In this document: piece by piece, positions 1 to 9,334 of the stretch
How the letters are laid out: each line of letters starts with the position of its first letter
Numbering within the stretch: the stretch's first letter is position 1
Source of the DNA: Tumebacillus amylolyticus
GTDB taxonomy: Bacteria; Bacillota; Bacilli; Tumebacillales; Tumebacillaceae
Reading direction: 5' to 3'
Assembly: GCF_016722965.1 (NCBI RefSeq)
Contig: NZ_JAEQNB010000002.1
Span: 489,541-553,540 of the forward strand
Length of the DNA stretch: 64,000 nt
Translations under genes and position numbers: made by a program
Notes under the pieces: model-generated
Told to the model about the DNA's origin: nothing
The model's input: only the letters and a program-made list of their open reading frames with translations
Database searches by the model: none

Positions 1-529
1 CGAACGGTCGCATCTCGTGACGCAGCGACTCGCTGAAGCCTTCAAGCGCGTACTTCGACGAGGTGTACGGGCTCATCCCCGGAAAACCGAAGCGTCCGGA
101 GATGGAGGAGATCATGACGATCTTGCCCCGGCGACGTTCGCGCATCGACGGCAACACCGCTTTGGTCATCGCGACGGCACCGAAAAAATTCGTCTCGAAC
201 TGCTCCCGATACTCCTGCATCGAAATCTCCTCGATAAAACCTCCGTGCGCATATCCCGCGTTGTTGATCAAGACGTCAATCTGCCCGAGTCTTCCCAGGA
301 CGTCGTCCACCACGGACTGGATGCTGGCCTCGCTCGTTACGTCGAGAGGTTGAATCTCCATGTCGGCGAGCGACAGACCGGCTTCGCGGACGGCCTGCTT
401 CAACGCCGTTTGTTTCGTGAGGTCGCGCATGGTGGCGACCACATAATACCCTTCGCGCAACAACGCCACGCTCGTCAGCAGTCCGAATCCGCTCGAAGTG
501 CCCGTGATGAGAACGACCTTGCGATTCAT
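1..529 (-). CDS. Short-chain dehydrogenase/reductase (SDR) family oxidoreductase, C-terminally truncated by window edge
   Basis: Minus-strand translation from ATG (complement 527-529): MNRKVVLITGTSSGFGLL...NNAGYAHGG...YTSSKYALEG; TGxxxGxG, NNAG and YxxxK motifs present; RBS GGAAGTAGG upstream; ORF runs off window so absent from ORF track. Confidence 0.8.
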   Translation of the reverse strand, partial: MNRKVVLITGTSSGFGLLTSVALLREGYYVVATMRDLTKQTALKQAVREAGLSLADMEIQPLDVTSEASIQSVVDDVLGRLGQIDVLINNAGYAHGGFIEEISMQEYREQFETNFFGAVAMTKAVLPSMRERRRGKIVMISSISGRFGFPGMSPYTSSKYALEGFSESLRHEMRPF

Positions 530-536
530 GCCGGGC

Positions 537-1367
537 CTACTTCCACCACGTATCGAACACCGTCACCGGCGGGCGGCGTTTGTGTTCGGTCGCGAGGTAG
601 CGTTTCTCGATGATCGCACGCGCGTCGTCGGCGATGGTCTTGCCTTCCAGATAGTCGTCAATCTGGTCGTAGGTGACGCCGAGCGCGTCTTCGTCCGGCA
701 GGCTGGGACGATTTTCTTCGAGGTCGGCGGTCGGTTTTTTCAGATACAAATGTTCCGGGCAGCCCAGTTCTTTGAGCAGGGCACGGCCTTGGCGCTTGTT
801 CAGGCCGAAAATCGGCGTGATGTCCGCCGCTCCGTCTCCATGCTTCGTGAAAAAGCCGGAGATCGCTTCGGCCGCATGGTCGGTGCCGATGACGAGCGTG
901 CGGGTGTGCGCGCCGACGTCGTACTGCGCTTTCATGCGTTCACGGGCTTTGATGTTGCCTTTGAGAAAGTCGCTGAGTGTCTCGCCGGTCGCTTGTTGGA
1001 ACGCTTCATAGGAAGCATCGACGGCGGGCTTGATGTTCACCGTCACGAGGCGGGTCGGTTGAATCCACTCTCTCGCGTCTTGGGCGTCTTGCTCGTCAGC
1101 TTGCACGCCGTACGGAAGGCGCATCGCGATGAATTGGTACTCACCATCACCGTGCTCTGCGTTCAGTTCATGAATGGCGAGTTGCGCCAGTTTGCCGGAC
1201 AGCGTGGAATCTTGACCTCCGGAGAGGCCGAGCACGTAGCCGCGCACGCCGGTTTTGAGCGCGTATTGTTTTAAAAAGTCGACACGCTTGCGAATTTCTG
1301 CTTGCGGATCGATCTCCGGTTGCACGCCGAGCGTTTCGATGATGTCTGCTTGCAGGGAAGTCGTCAT
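537..1367 (-). CDS. nadE: NH3-dependent NAD+ synthetase
   Basis: ORF 537..1397; [13 protein letters not shown]-loop, C-terminal ...FDTWWK typical of NadE; start moved to [11 protein letters not shown] with RBS AAAGGAGTG. Confidence 0.9.
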   Translation of the reverse strand: MTTSLQADIIETLGVQPEIDPQAEIRKRVDFLKQYALKTGVRGYVLGLSGGQDSTLSGKLAQLAIHELNAEHGDGEYQFIAMRLPYGVQADEQDAQDAREWIQPTRLVTVNIKPAVDASYEAFQQATGETLSDFLKGNIKARERMKAQYDVGAHTRTLVIGTDHAAEAISGFFTKHGDGAADITPIFGLNKRQGRALLKELGCPEHLYLKKPTADLEENRPSLPDEDALGVTYDQIDDYLEGKTIADDARAIIEKRYLATEHKRRPPVTVFDTWWK

Positions 1368-1427
1368 GGGGTTTCCCACTCCTTTGACTACTTTCATTAG
1401 TAGTTTCTTTCTAGTGTAATAGATGTG

Positions 1428-2885
1428 TTATTTTTTGTCATCTGCCCCGTGGTGCTCGTGGATCAGGCGCATCTTCATGTCCCAGACTTCTTGGGAGAGG
1501 TCGACCGGGTAGATTTCCGGGTTCAGGACGCGCAGATACTCCGGCCAGAAGAGGTTTTTCTGCTCCTCATGGTAGTCGCGAATCTCTTGGAGGGTCGGCA
1601 GGTTGTAGACCAGTTCGCCGTTTACAAAAATCGGCTTGAGCAGTTCCTGCGCTTCATACTCCGTCACGAACTTGTGGATGTAGGTGTGAACCGGGTCGAA
1701 CAGTTTGATGCGGCCGCCTTCGCGAACGTCCGTTTCCGTGGTCAGGGCGATGTAGTCCGCCTCCGCTTTGCCCGTTGCCGTGTTGACGATGCGGTAGACC
1801 GTTTTGAAACCGGGGGTCGTGATCTTCTCCGGATTGCCGGAAATCTTGATGGTCGGGATGTAGACGCCGTTTTTTTCCCGAGCGACGAGTTTGTAAACGC
1901 CGCCAAGCGACGGTTGGTCCGCGGCGGTGATCAGTTGGGTGCCGACGCCCCACGTGTCGATTTTGGCTCCCTCCGACTTCAAGTGCAAAATCGTGTGTTC
2001 GTCGAGGTCGTTGGAAGCCACGATCCCCACGTAGTTCAGTCCCGCTTCGTCGAGCATCTGACGCGCTTGCTTGGAGAGATAGGCGAGGTCGCCGGAGTCG
2101 AGACGGATCGCGCCCATGCGCTTGCCTTGCTCCTCCATGTGCTTCGCGACTTTGATCGCATTGGGAACGCCGGACTTGAGCGTGTCGTAGGTATCGACGA
2201 GCAGAGTCACGGTGTTCGGGAGAGCTTCTGCAAAGCGTTCGAAGGCATCCACTTCGGTGTCATGGTCTTGCACCCATGCGTGTGCGTGCGTGCCTTTTGC
2301 CGGAATTCCAAACAGCATGCCGGCGCGTACGTTGGAGGTGGCGTGAAAGCCGGCGATATAAGAAGCGCGTGCTCCCCACACGGCTGCGTCCGCTTCTTGG
2401 GCACGGCGGGTGCCGAATTCAAGCAGTCCGTCCTCGGGGGCCACTTGCTTGATACGCGCCGCTTTGGTGGCGATGAGCGTCTGGTAGTTCATGAAGTTCA
2501 GGAGCGCCGTCTCGATCAATTGCGCTTCAAAAATGCGCCCTTCGATGCGAATCAGCGGTTCGTTTGGAAATACAATCGTGCCCTCTTCCACGCTGTACAA
2601 GTCCCCCGTGAAGCGAAACTCGCGCAGAGCATCGAGGAATTTCGGGTCGTAGTCCTCCTCCTGCGTGGCGAGGTAGGCGATGCACTCCTCCGAGAAGCGC
2701 AGGTTTTTCAAATAATCCACGATGCGTTCCAGCCCCGCAAAAACGGCGAACCCGTTTTGAAAAGGACGCTTGCGGAAAAACGCTTCAAACACAGACTTCT
2801 GATCCTGCGTCCCGTGGTACCAGTGGGCGTACATCATGTTGATCTGGTACTTGTCGGTGTGTAAGGCTAGGTCGTGTACGTTCAT
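1428..2885 (-). CDS. pncB: Nicotinate phosphoribosyltransferase
   Basis: ORF 1428..2900; MNVHDLALHTDKYQINMMYAHW... NAPRTase family signature; RBS GGGAGG 7 nt before ATG at 2885; the overlapping plus-strand ORF 1425..2864 is antisense. Confidence 0.9.
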   Translation of the reverse strand: MNVHDLALHTDKYQINMMYAHWYHGTQDQKSVFEAFFRKRPFQNGFAVFAGLERIVDYLKNLRFSEECIAYLATQEEDYDPKFLDALREFRFTGDLYSVEEGTIVFPNEPLIRIEGRIFEAQLIETALLNFMNYQTLIATKAARIKQVAPEDGLLEFGTRRAQEADAAVWGARASYIAGFHATSNVRAGMLFGIPAKGTHAHAWVQDHDTEVDAFERFAEALPNTVTLLVDTYDTLKSGVPNAIKVAKHMEEQGKRMGAIRLDSGDLAYLSKQARQMLDEAGLNYVGIVASNDLDEHTILHLKSEGAKIDTWGVGTQLITAADQPSLGGVYKLVAREKNGVYIPTIKISGNPEKITTPGFKTVYRIVNTATGKAEADYIALTTETDVREGGRIKLFDPVHTYIHKFVTEYEAQELLKPIFVNGELVYNLPTLQEIRDYHEEQKNLFWPEYLRVLNPEIYPVDLSQEVWDMKMRLIHEHHGADDKK

Positions 2886-3445
2886 TTCGCTGCCTCCCAA
2901 ATTCGAACGACATTGGCTCCCAGCGTATCCTTGAAGTGGCCGAGCGCCCAGTCGTGACCAGCTTGATTAAAACTTGCGACGGCGTCTTCGTGGATGGTGA
3001 TCTGGAAGCCTTTGTTATACGCGTCAACGGCGGTGTGCAGGACGCAGATGTCGGTGCAGACGCCGATCAGATGAATTTCGGTGATGCCCCGCTCGCGCAG
3101 TTTGATCTCCAAGTCCGTTCCGGCAAACGAGCTGTAGCGGGTCTTATCCATCCAATGAATCCGCTCTTTGTGCGCGTCGTAGAGAACGCCTAGCATCCCG
3201 AGCTTGCCGTAGAGGTCGCGGCCACCGGTGTGGCGGATGTTGTGCGGCGGGAACAGCTTGGTTTCCGGATGGTACGGGTCGTTTTCCTCATGTACGTCAA
3301 CCGCCATCACCACGTAGTCGCCGTGGACCAGAAATTCGTGGGTCAACGTCGCGATGCGGTCTTCGATGTCGATGGCCGGTTGCCCGACCGGCAGACGACC
3401 CACGACGAAATCATACGTATAATCGATGACAATCAAAGCTTTCAT
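2882..3445 (-). CDS. pncA: Nicotinamidase / isochorismatase-family hydrolase
   Basis: ORF 2882..3469; MKALIVIDYTYDF...IHLIGVCTDICVLHTAVDAYNKG (catalytic Cys motif); stop overlaps pncB start (coupling); RBS GGGAGGGGA. Confidence 0.85.
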   Translation of the reverse strand: MKALIVIDYTYDFVVGRLPVGQPAIDIEDRIATLTHEFLVHGDYVVMAVDVHEENDPYHPETKLFPPHNIRHTGGRDLYGKLGMLGVLYDAHKERIHWMDKTRYSSFAGTDLEIKLRERGITEIHLIGVCTDICVLHTAVDAYNKGFQITIHEDAVASFNQAGHDWALGHFKDTLGANVVRIWEAAK

Positions 3446-3478
3446 AAAAAGTTCCCCTCCCAGGGTCACGTATTTACG

Positions 3479-4252
3479 TTATTGGTAGATCGAAACGACC
3501 GGCTCGAATCCGGTGAACTTGTAAAGTTGCGCATGGCGTTGCGAGTTGCGGTTGGTGGTTTTCTTCTGCCCATTCTCGTCCCTGACTTCCTCGATCAGCC
3601 CTTGGCGGGTCTGCGTGGCGGTGACTTTGCGTTTGAAGTTCGGTTCTTCAAACCCGGGGCAGACCGTTTGGATCACTTGGTAGAGCTCGGCGATGGTGAA
3701 TTCCTCCGGCAGAAACTCCCGTGCGATCGTGGTGGTCAGCATCTTGTGCCGGACGCGTTGGAGAGCGTCCGCCAAGATCTCGCGGTGGTCGAAAGCGAGT
3801 TCCAGATTCGTGAGGGCTTCGTCCACGGAGAACAGTTTGACGTCGGCGGCGTCATCGGCGGCCTGACGAGCTGCGAGAATTTGTTCTTGGACGAGGGCAA
3901 AGTAGGCATGTGAGATAATCCAGCCGCGCGGATCGCGGTTCGGTGTGGAGTAGACGTTGAAGTATTCGAGGTACGGCGATTCGACGCCGGTCTCCTCTTG
4001 CAGTTCTCGGCGGGCCGATTCGTAGAGCGTCTCGGTCGGCTTGGAAAAACCGCCGGGCAACGCCCATTTGCCTTCGTCGGGCCATTGCTTGCGCTGAATC
4101 AACAACACTTGCAGTTCGCGGCGGGGCAGGACTTTTTTGTTCACCTGCGCCTCATCGGACACGATGGTAAAAATCACGATGTCACACGGCGCCCCGTCCG
4201 GCGTGCGGTATTTTTTTGCTGTATAGTTTGCGGCATTCTCAGGCGTTTCCAT
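3479..4252 (-). CDS. nrtR: Nudix-related transcriptional regulator NrtR (N-terminal Nudix/ADP-ribose-binding domain + C-terminal winged helix)
   Basis: Nudix box GGFSKPTETLYESARRELQEETGV in N-terminal half, ~100-aa C-terminal extension; first gene of pncA-pncB-nadE operon as in known NrtR regulons. Confidence 0.75.
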   Translation of the reverse strand: METPENAANYTAKKYRTPDGAPCDIVIFTIVSDEAQVNKKVLPRRELQVLLIQRKQWPDEGKWALPGGFSKPTETLYESARRELQEETGVESPYLEYFNVYSTPNRDPRGWIISHAYFALVQEQILAARQAADDAADVKLFSVDEALTNLELAFDHREILADALQRVRHKMLTTTIAREFLPEEFTIAELYQVIQTVCPGFEEPNFKRKVTATQTRQGLIEEVRDENGQKKTTNRNSQRHAQLYKFTGFEPVVSIYQ

Positions 4253-4295
4253 GCAACCACCTCGAAGGTTTCGATAAAGTCATTTTGATACATTC

Positions 4296-4325
4296 ATTAT
4301 AACCATATTACCAGAAAACGTGCAA
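4296..4325 (-). promoter_or_regulatory. Sigma-A-type promoter of the nrtR-pncA-pncB-nadE operon
   Basis: On minus strand: TTGCAC - 17 nt - TTATAAT, about 45 nt upstream of nrtR ATG. Confidence 0.55.
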
Positions 4326-4340
4326 CCCATTTTTCGGTAA

Positions 4341-4380
4341 AAAAAGATCCACCGTCGCAGGACGGTGGATCTGCTTTTTC
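4341..4380. terminator. Bidirectional rho-independent terminator
   Basis: GATCCACCGTC-GCAG-GACGGTGGATC perfect 11-bp stem flanked by A-run and T-run; ends the minus-strand HK-REC-PIN operon. Confidence 0.7.
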
Positions 4381-4453
4381 AATACGATTTGTAACGAGAA
4401 CCTGTGTAGTACTCGCGTTGGACATGCCTGAGATCCGTTTTCATTCAAACAGT

Positions 4454-5014
4454 TTAGGCCAGCAATGGATCATGAACCGGGATTTTCGCTTGCGATAAAG
4501 CTGCTTTTAAACCCTTGTCTGAGGTCACGACAGTAATCTCAGTCTCAGTGCGTTTCTTATATAGTATTGCTGTAGCTGCAATGAGAGCATCTTGAGAACC
4601 AAAATTGTATTTATCTGCGTAATCGATCAAAAAGTCCTTAGCAACAGAAATATGCTCACTATCAAGGGAAATAACCTTCGCACGAATTCCCCCAGAAGCA
4701 TTAAGACTATCCGAAACTAATTTTATCAAACTTTTAAACATTTTATTTTTTATTCCTTTTCGGCCTGGTGTAGACCACTCCTGCTCGCAATATCCACTAT
4801 TTATATTTCTTGTACAAAGTTGTACTTGTTGTTGTATGCCTCTTCTGTCTTTCCCTAAAACAGAGTAAATTTCCATAGCGGATATCTCAGATAAATAAAA
4901 TTCAACTACCCCTCCCTTCATTAGCAGGCTCTCTAACTTTGTTTTTTTATCTTGGGAACCCATACTAAAAAACAAATGGTACGCATTCGTATCTAAAAGA
5001 AATGATTTCACCAT
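4454..5014 (-). CDS. PIN-like domain protein (putative ribonuclease), last gene of HK-REC-PIN operon
   Basis: N-terminal LLDTNAY (Asp1), EISAMEI (Glu), SQDALIAATA (Asp3), VVTSDKG (Asp4) arranged as in PIN folds; RBS GAAGAGGAA; AT-rich codon usage. Confidence 0.55.
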   Translation of the reverse strand: MVKSFLLDTNAYHLFFSMGSQDKKTKLESLLMKGGVVEFYLSEISAMEIYSVLGKDRRGIQQQVQLCTRNINSGYCEQEWSTPGRKGIKNKMFKSLIKLVSDSLNASGGIRAKVISLDSEHISVAKDFLIDYADKYNFGSQDALIAATAILYKKRTETEITVVTSDKGLKAALSQAKIPVHDPLLA

Positions 5015-5017
5015 ACA

Positions 5018-5455
5018 TCATTCCTCTTCGATGTTGTTGTTAGAGTTTATATTATCGATTAAATCATGAGCTTCATCAAGAGAAAAAGGCTCAAGTTTAT
5101 CCTTGATTATTTTTACAGTTTTTCTTAAGTCAGCTCCAGCTCCTTTGTTAATATAGGCATCAACTCCTAGATTGATAAACTTACTCATCATCGTGTGATC
5201 GTTTATGTTGTTAGTGTAGACAACAACTACAACGTATGGGTCAATTTCACGAATTCTCTCTAAAACTACGTCACCTTTCAGTCCAGGAAGAATAATATCC
5301 AATACAACTAAGTCATAGGCTCCTTTTTTAAATTTATCAGCAGCCTCTTTCCCATTTTTCATCCATTCAACATCTATCTTCTCATCTTCAAGTGCTTTTT
5401 TTAAGAACTTACCCGTGATATCCTCATCTTCCACGATTAGCACTTTATCACTCAT
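5018..5455 (-). CDS. Stand-alone response regulator receiver domain (CheY-like, no output domain)
   Basis: MSDKVLIVEDEDI...DLVVLDIILPGLKGD...YTNN...K: REC domain acidic pocket, phospho-Asp (VVLD) and conserved Lys; 145 aa only; overlaps HK stop by 8 nt. Confidence 0.8.
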   Translation of the reverse strand: MSDKVLIVEDEDITGKFLKKALEDEKIDVEWMKNGKEAADKFKKGAYDLVVLDIILPGLKGDVVLERIREIDPYVVVVVYTNNINDHTMMSKFINLGVDAYINKGAGADLRKTVKIIKDKLEPFSLDEAHDLIDNINSNNNIEEE

Positions 5456-7193
5456 GTCTTATGGCCTCCTTTGGTAGTTCGATAATAAACATTGCTCCAT
5501 CTGTATAATCATAATCAAGGTAGATGGATCCACCTTGATATTTTAACAGATTCCAAATAATAAACAAACCCAACCCTTGACCCTGACCAGTTGGTTTTGT
5601 TGTGAAAAAAGGCTCAAATATTTTTCTTCTATTTTCAGGAGATATCCCCACCCCGTTATCTTGAAACAAAATACGTACCTTACTGCCTTCCTCTAAGACT
5701 CGAATCAGTATCTTTTTACTTTTCCGGCGAGAGATCTGCAATGAGTGGATAGAGTTGATCAATAGATTACTTATTATCTGATCAAACATTGCCGGATCTC
5801 CATACATACTCACGTCGTTAGGAAGAATATAGTCAACATTAATGTCATTAGTCATCAACCTAGTTTTTTCGGCATTCACCCTAGTTTTTATTCTATCCGA
5901 AGCACTATATTTGACGTTAGAATTTTTTGTTGTAGTAAGAGGAGAGAGCCTGTTCATTAAATTACCCATTCGCTCTGTTTCTAATAATATAGTTTGGAAT
6001 AAATCACGAATAGTGTCGCCATCAAGTTCCTCAACCTTTTTACCGAGATAATATTGTATCATAAATCGAACGTTCGTAATAGGTTGTCCTAATTCATGTG
6101 AAATCCCTTGAGTAAGATTGGCTAATGCCTCCAACCTTTTACTATTTTCTATCGCTGACCATACACTGGCCTCTGAATCATTTATCGCATCCTGTTTTTT
6201 GTTTTTGTTACTCTTTTTATATATTTTTTCCTGAAGTATGCTATCTACTCTTTTGACATCTTCCAAAGTACCGAATCTTAAATATAGATTCTTTAATGTT
6301 CGTAGAATAGATATACTATCTGTATAGCTCTCAATTTTCTGCAATGCATTTTTCTTTGCAATTGCATTGTTTGTTTTGTCATAGTAGTAGACTAACTCAT
6401 AGAGAATATTAAAGTCATTCCTTCTTTCGATTGAACTATCAGTTAATAATATTTTGTTAACCATTTCGTAATTGTCCATCTTCCTGCATAACCTAAATAA
6501 CGATCTAATCGTTACAGAATCCTGATCAACGTTAATTAATTCACTAGCTATTTTGATAGCCTTGTAATACAATTCCAGTCGTTCGTATACAGTTACACAG
6601 TATTTATCAATCCGAATGGTTAAGTTTGTTCTTTTTCGATTAAGAATCATAATGTCCAATATTGTTACAAGTTCTCTTTGTCTGGTTTGTTCAAATTCCT
6701 TAATACAATCAACCACGTATTGGAAATTATTATCGCTATCAAGAAGGTTAATTAATTTTTTTCCCGATTCTGATAAAAAAGATCCCAATGGAAATTCAGA
6801 TGACATTAATTTTGCAGTTTGGTAAGCAATCTGGATATCTTTATTATATATTCTGTTCAATAATTTATTTTTGAACTCTTTCATCATTTCTTCAGGAAAA
6901 CTAAATAGATTTTTATCAACACTTCTTGCGAAAGCTCTAAATGTTTTTTGTTCGTCAATTACATAGTTGTATGCCTCTAAATAAAAATTTACGGATCTTT
7001 CAAAACATCCAATATTAAGGTGTAATTCAGCCAACAAGATAGTGTATTGGAATTTAAAATCGGTAAAGATTTCTTTTCGTTTCTTTTCAATACACAAATC
7101 TATTGCTTCTTGAAATCTTTCAGATTTCATCAAATCCTCTACTCTTAGTATATTCTCTTCAAATTCAATAAATGCGTTCTTAGCCATTCCCAC
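5448..7193 (-). CDS. Cytoplasmic sensor histidine kinase with ~340-aa unrecognised helical N-terminal domain
   Basis: C-terminal HisKA (ISHELGQPITNV) plus HATPase_c N, G1, G2 boxes (NLLINSIHS, DNGVGI, GQGLGL); no hydrophobic TM segments; RBS GGGTGGG. Confidence 0.8.
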   Translation of the reverse strand: MGMAKNAFIEFEENILRVEDLMKSERFQEAIDLCIEKKRKEIFTDFKFQYTILLAELHLNIGCFERSVNFYLEAYNYVIDEQKTFRAFARSVDKNLFSFPEEMMKEFKNKLLNRIYNKDIQIAYQTAKLMSSEFPLGSFLSESGKKLINLLDSDNNFQYVVDCIKEFEQTRQRELVTILDIMILNRKRTNLTIRIDKYCVTVYERLELYYKAIKIASELINVDQDSVTIRSLFRLCRKMDNYEMVNKILLTDSSIERRNDFNILYELVYYYDKTNNAIAKKNALQKIESYTDSISILRTLKNLYLRFGTLEDVKRVDSILQEKIYKKSNKNKKQDAINDSEASVWSAIENSKRLEALANLTQGISHELGQPITNVRFMIQYYLGKKVEELDGDTIRDLFQTILLETERMGNLMNRLSPLTTTKNSNVKYSASDRIKTRVNAEKTRLMTNDINVDYILPNDVSMYGDPAMFDQIISNLLINSIHSLQISRRKSKKILIRVLEEGSKVRILFQDNGVGISPENRRKIFEPFFTTKPTGQGQGLGLFIIWNLLKYQGGSIYLDYDYTDGAMFIIELPKEAIRHE

Positions 7194-7199
7194 CCTTAA

Positions 7200-8480
7200 G
7201 TCCCCCTCATTCTTATGAAACTTAGTTGTTAGAACGAAAAAATACTTCTTATATTATATTCTACCTGCCAATTGTAATCTATAAGTTAGGAAAAAAACTA
7301 TGTATATGCTCCATATGTTAATGACATAATGCGAGTCTGCAAGGCTACAGGGGCTCTCGTTTCGGGCTCTGGTACAAAAGTTGTGATGATGCACTCTAGG
7401 CAGAATAGATGTTTATTGACTGGAAAATTACATATACAGCAGAATACGGTTACTGAGCCTCTGAAACGACGGAATTCCATACCCGATACGTATTTTGTAC
7501 CTTCTATGTAGCTGTTTGTCTAATAATACAGGAAATACGCCAAAATTACAGAGCTCGATGCTGTTGGCGAGAGTCTTGTACTCCAGGATGTCTGAAAACA
7601 GCATTTTATTTGAAAGGAATTTTCAAAAATGTATTACCGGTTTTTTAATCCCTTGTATTGATATCTATCAGCATCGTAGTCGTTCATTAACTCATACGTT
7701 CGTCTTTATGCAGAAAGGCTTCTACACATTCCAATTGTCAGTTAGTGAGTGATTCTTGTTGCGTAGAAGGTGCGATCGAGCCCTCTAACATTGCGATATC
7801 GTTGAGGCACTACGCCTTTTCGAACTCGAAGCATGACTTGGTCTACAGTCCAACAATTGGCATAACACACGACTTGAAACTGGTCTACGATATGCATGGC
7901 ATGGGGTATGTAGGTGTGGAAGGCATACCGTTTCGCATCCCACATAAATAAAAACGATATTGATAGTGAAATGGTCTTGCAATTTCATAAAGAAGTCACG
8001 TATTGTCCCCTTTGATCGACCTCCTAAAATCTCCTGCTTACAGCACTCTTAATAATCCGTGATTACAGTATGGTATTGAGGTCGCCGCGAAACGGCAACC
8101 TCGATGACCTCCGGCGGTACTCCTTCATGAAGCTTTTCAATTCTGGCGGTAGCGAGCCGATGAAATTGACGGTCTAATCTTAGACGAGTCTAGCCGATCT
8201 TACCAACAGCCTAAGAGATGGAACTGGGTACAGAAAAGATTAAAGGTCCACTCGGCCATTCGCTGCCTAAAGCGACAGTTACACGCCCCACTGGATGCTT
8301 TTTGGAGAACAGTAAACTATAACAAGTGTAACGTAATCACCTCTTCTCGCAAATAAATAGACTCGTCGGTTTCAAACTGGGTTGATCATTGATCTATTGT
8401 TTACGCCGGACATGCAACGATACGCTAGAACACCACAATCAAGTATTATCCTAATGGACTGGTTTTGCATATAAAACGCC
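7200..8480. other. AT-rich ORF-poor stretch (~1.3 kb) upstream of the HK operon; candidate degraded mobile DNA or structured RNA
   Basis: No ORF >100 codons on either strand, all short ORFs lack RBS or homology; composition clearly differs from flanking GC-rich genes. Confidence 0.35.
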
Positions 8481-8565
8481 CCTCTCGTTGATGTTAGTCA
8501 CAAAAAAATTCGACAAACGCGTTGCTTGTTCCTTTTATTTACAGTTCACCTCAAGTCTCATTCTA

Positions 8566-8612
8566 AAGTCTAAAAAAGGCCGCAGGGCATCGCCCGCGAC
8601 CTTTTTTTCTAC
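8566..8612. terminator. Bidirectional rho-independent terminator downstream of udg
   Basis: A-run, GGCCGCAGGGC / GCCCGCGACC imperfect stem, T7 run. Confidence 0.55.
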
Positions 8613-9292
8613 CCAAGCAACCCTCGGCACGTCTCGAACACGCTGTACCACATCTCCCGCGTCAGCTTGCCCGTGCGGGTATTCTGCTGGCTCGGGTGGT
8701 AGGACACCACCAGTTTCGGGACGTCCTCGCCCAGATCGTACACGGCACCGTGGGCAAAGGTCAGACCTTTGACGTCGATGCCTTGTTCTTTCAGCCCGGT
8801 CAGGACTTGTTTGAAGGCGAGTTGGCCGAGGGCCAGCACGACTTTTTTTCCGGTGAGGTGTTGCATCTCTTGGACGAAGTGCGGGCGGCAGTTGCGAATC
8901 TCTTCGGTGCTCGGCTTGTTGTCCGGCGGGGCACAGCGAACGATGTTGTTGATGTACGCCCCGTTCAACGCCAAGCCGTCCTCCCGATGCATCCCCGTCG
9001 GCTGGTTGGCGAACCCAAACCGATGCAACGCCTCATACAACCAAACCCCCGACTCATCTCCCGTAAAAACGCGACCTGTCCGGTTCGCGCCATGTGCTCC
9101 CGGTGCCAACCCGACGATGATCAACCCGGCTTGCGGATCGCCAAAGCCCGGCACCGGGCGGCCCCAGTAGTTGTACTCGAGGTATTGCTTTTTCTTTTTG
9201 ACCGCGACGTCCTCACACCACGCACGCAGGCGCGGGCAGGTTTCGCAAGAAATGATGTCCTCTCTCAGTTGCTCCAACGTCGTCAACGCCAT
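8609..9292 (-). CDS. udg: Uracil-DNA glycosylase family 4 (Fe-S type)
   Basis: MALTTLEQLREDIISCETCPRL...GLAPGAHGANRTGRVFTGDESG...HPS: UDG4 motifs including Cys cluster; start at 9292 tentative (TTG at 9325 alternative). Confidence 0.85.
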   Translation of the reverse strand: MALTTLEQLREDIISCETCPRLRAWCEDVAVKKKKQYLEYNYWGRPVPGFGDPQAGLIIVGLAPGAHGANRTGRVFTGDESGVWLYEALHRFGFANQPTGMHREDGLALNGAYINNIVRCAPPDNKPSTEEIRNCRPHFVQEMQHLTGKKVVLALGQLAFKQVLTGLKEQGIDVKGLTFAHGAVYDLGEDVPKLVVSYHPSQQNTRTGKLTREMWYSVFETCRGLLG

Positions 9293-9334
9293 TCCTCCGC
9301 TCTGCTTGATTCGTCTCCTGTTCAATATCTTCTA

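Noticed and set aside
17-1274. Plus-strand ORFs 17..613, 63..353, 498..1274, 673..1011
   Set aside because: Antisense to the SDR and nadE genes, whose minus-strand translations carry unambiguous family motifs. Plus-strand products are Arg/Ala-rich GC-codon artefacts without RBS.
1425-2864. 479-aa plus-strand ORF
   Set aside because: Exactly antisense to pncB (clear NAPRTase homology on minus strand). Typical long antisense ORF in GC-rich DNA.
3479-4252. Calling the nrtR product a plain ADP-ribose pyrophosphatase
   Set aside because: It has a ~100-aa C-terminal extension beyond the Nudix fold and is the first gene of a pncA-pncB-nadE operon. This is the diagnostic NrtR arrangement, so a regulator call is preferred.
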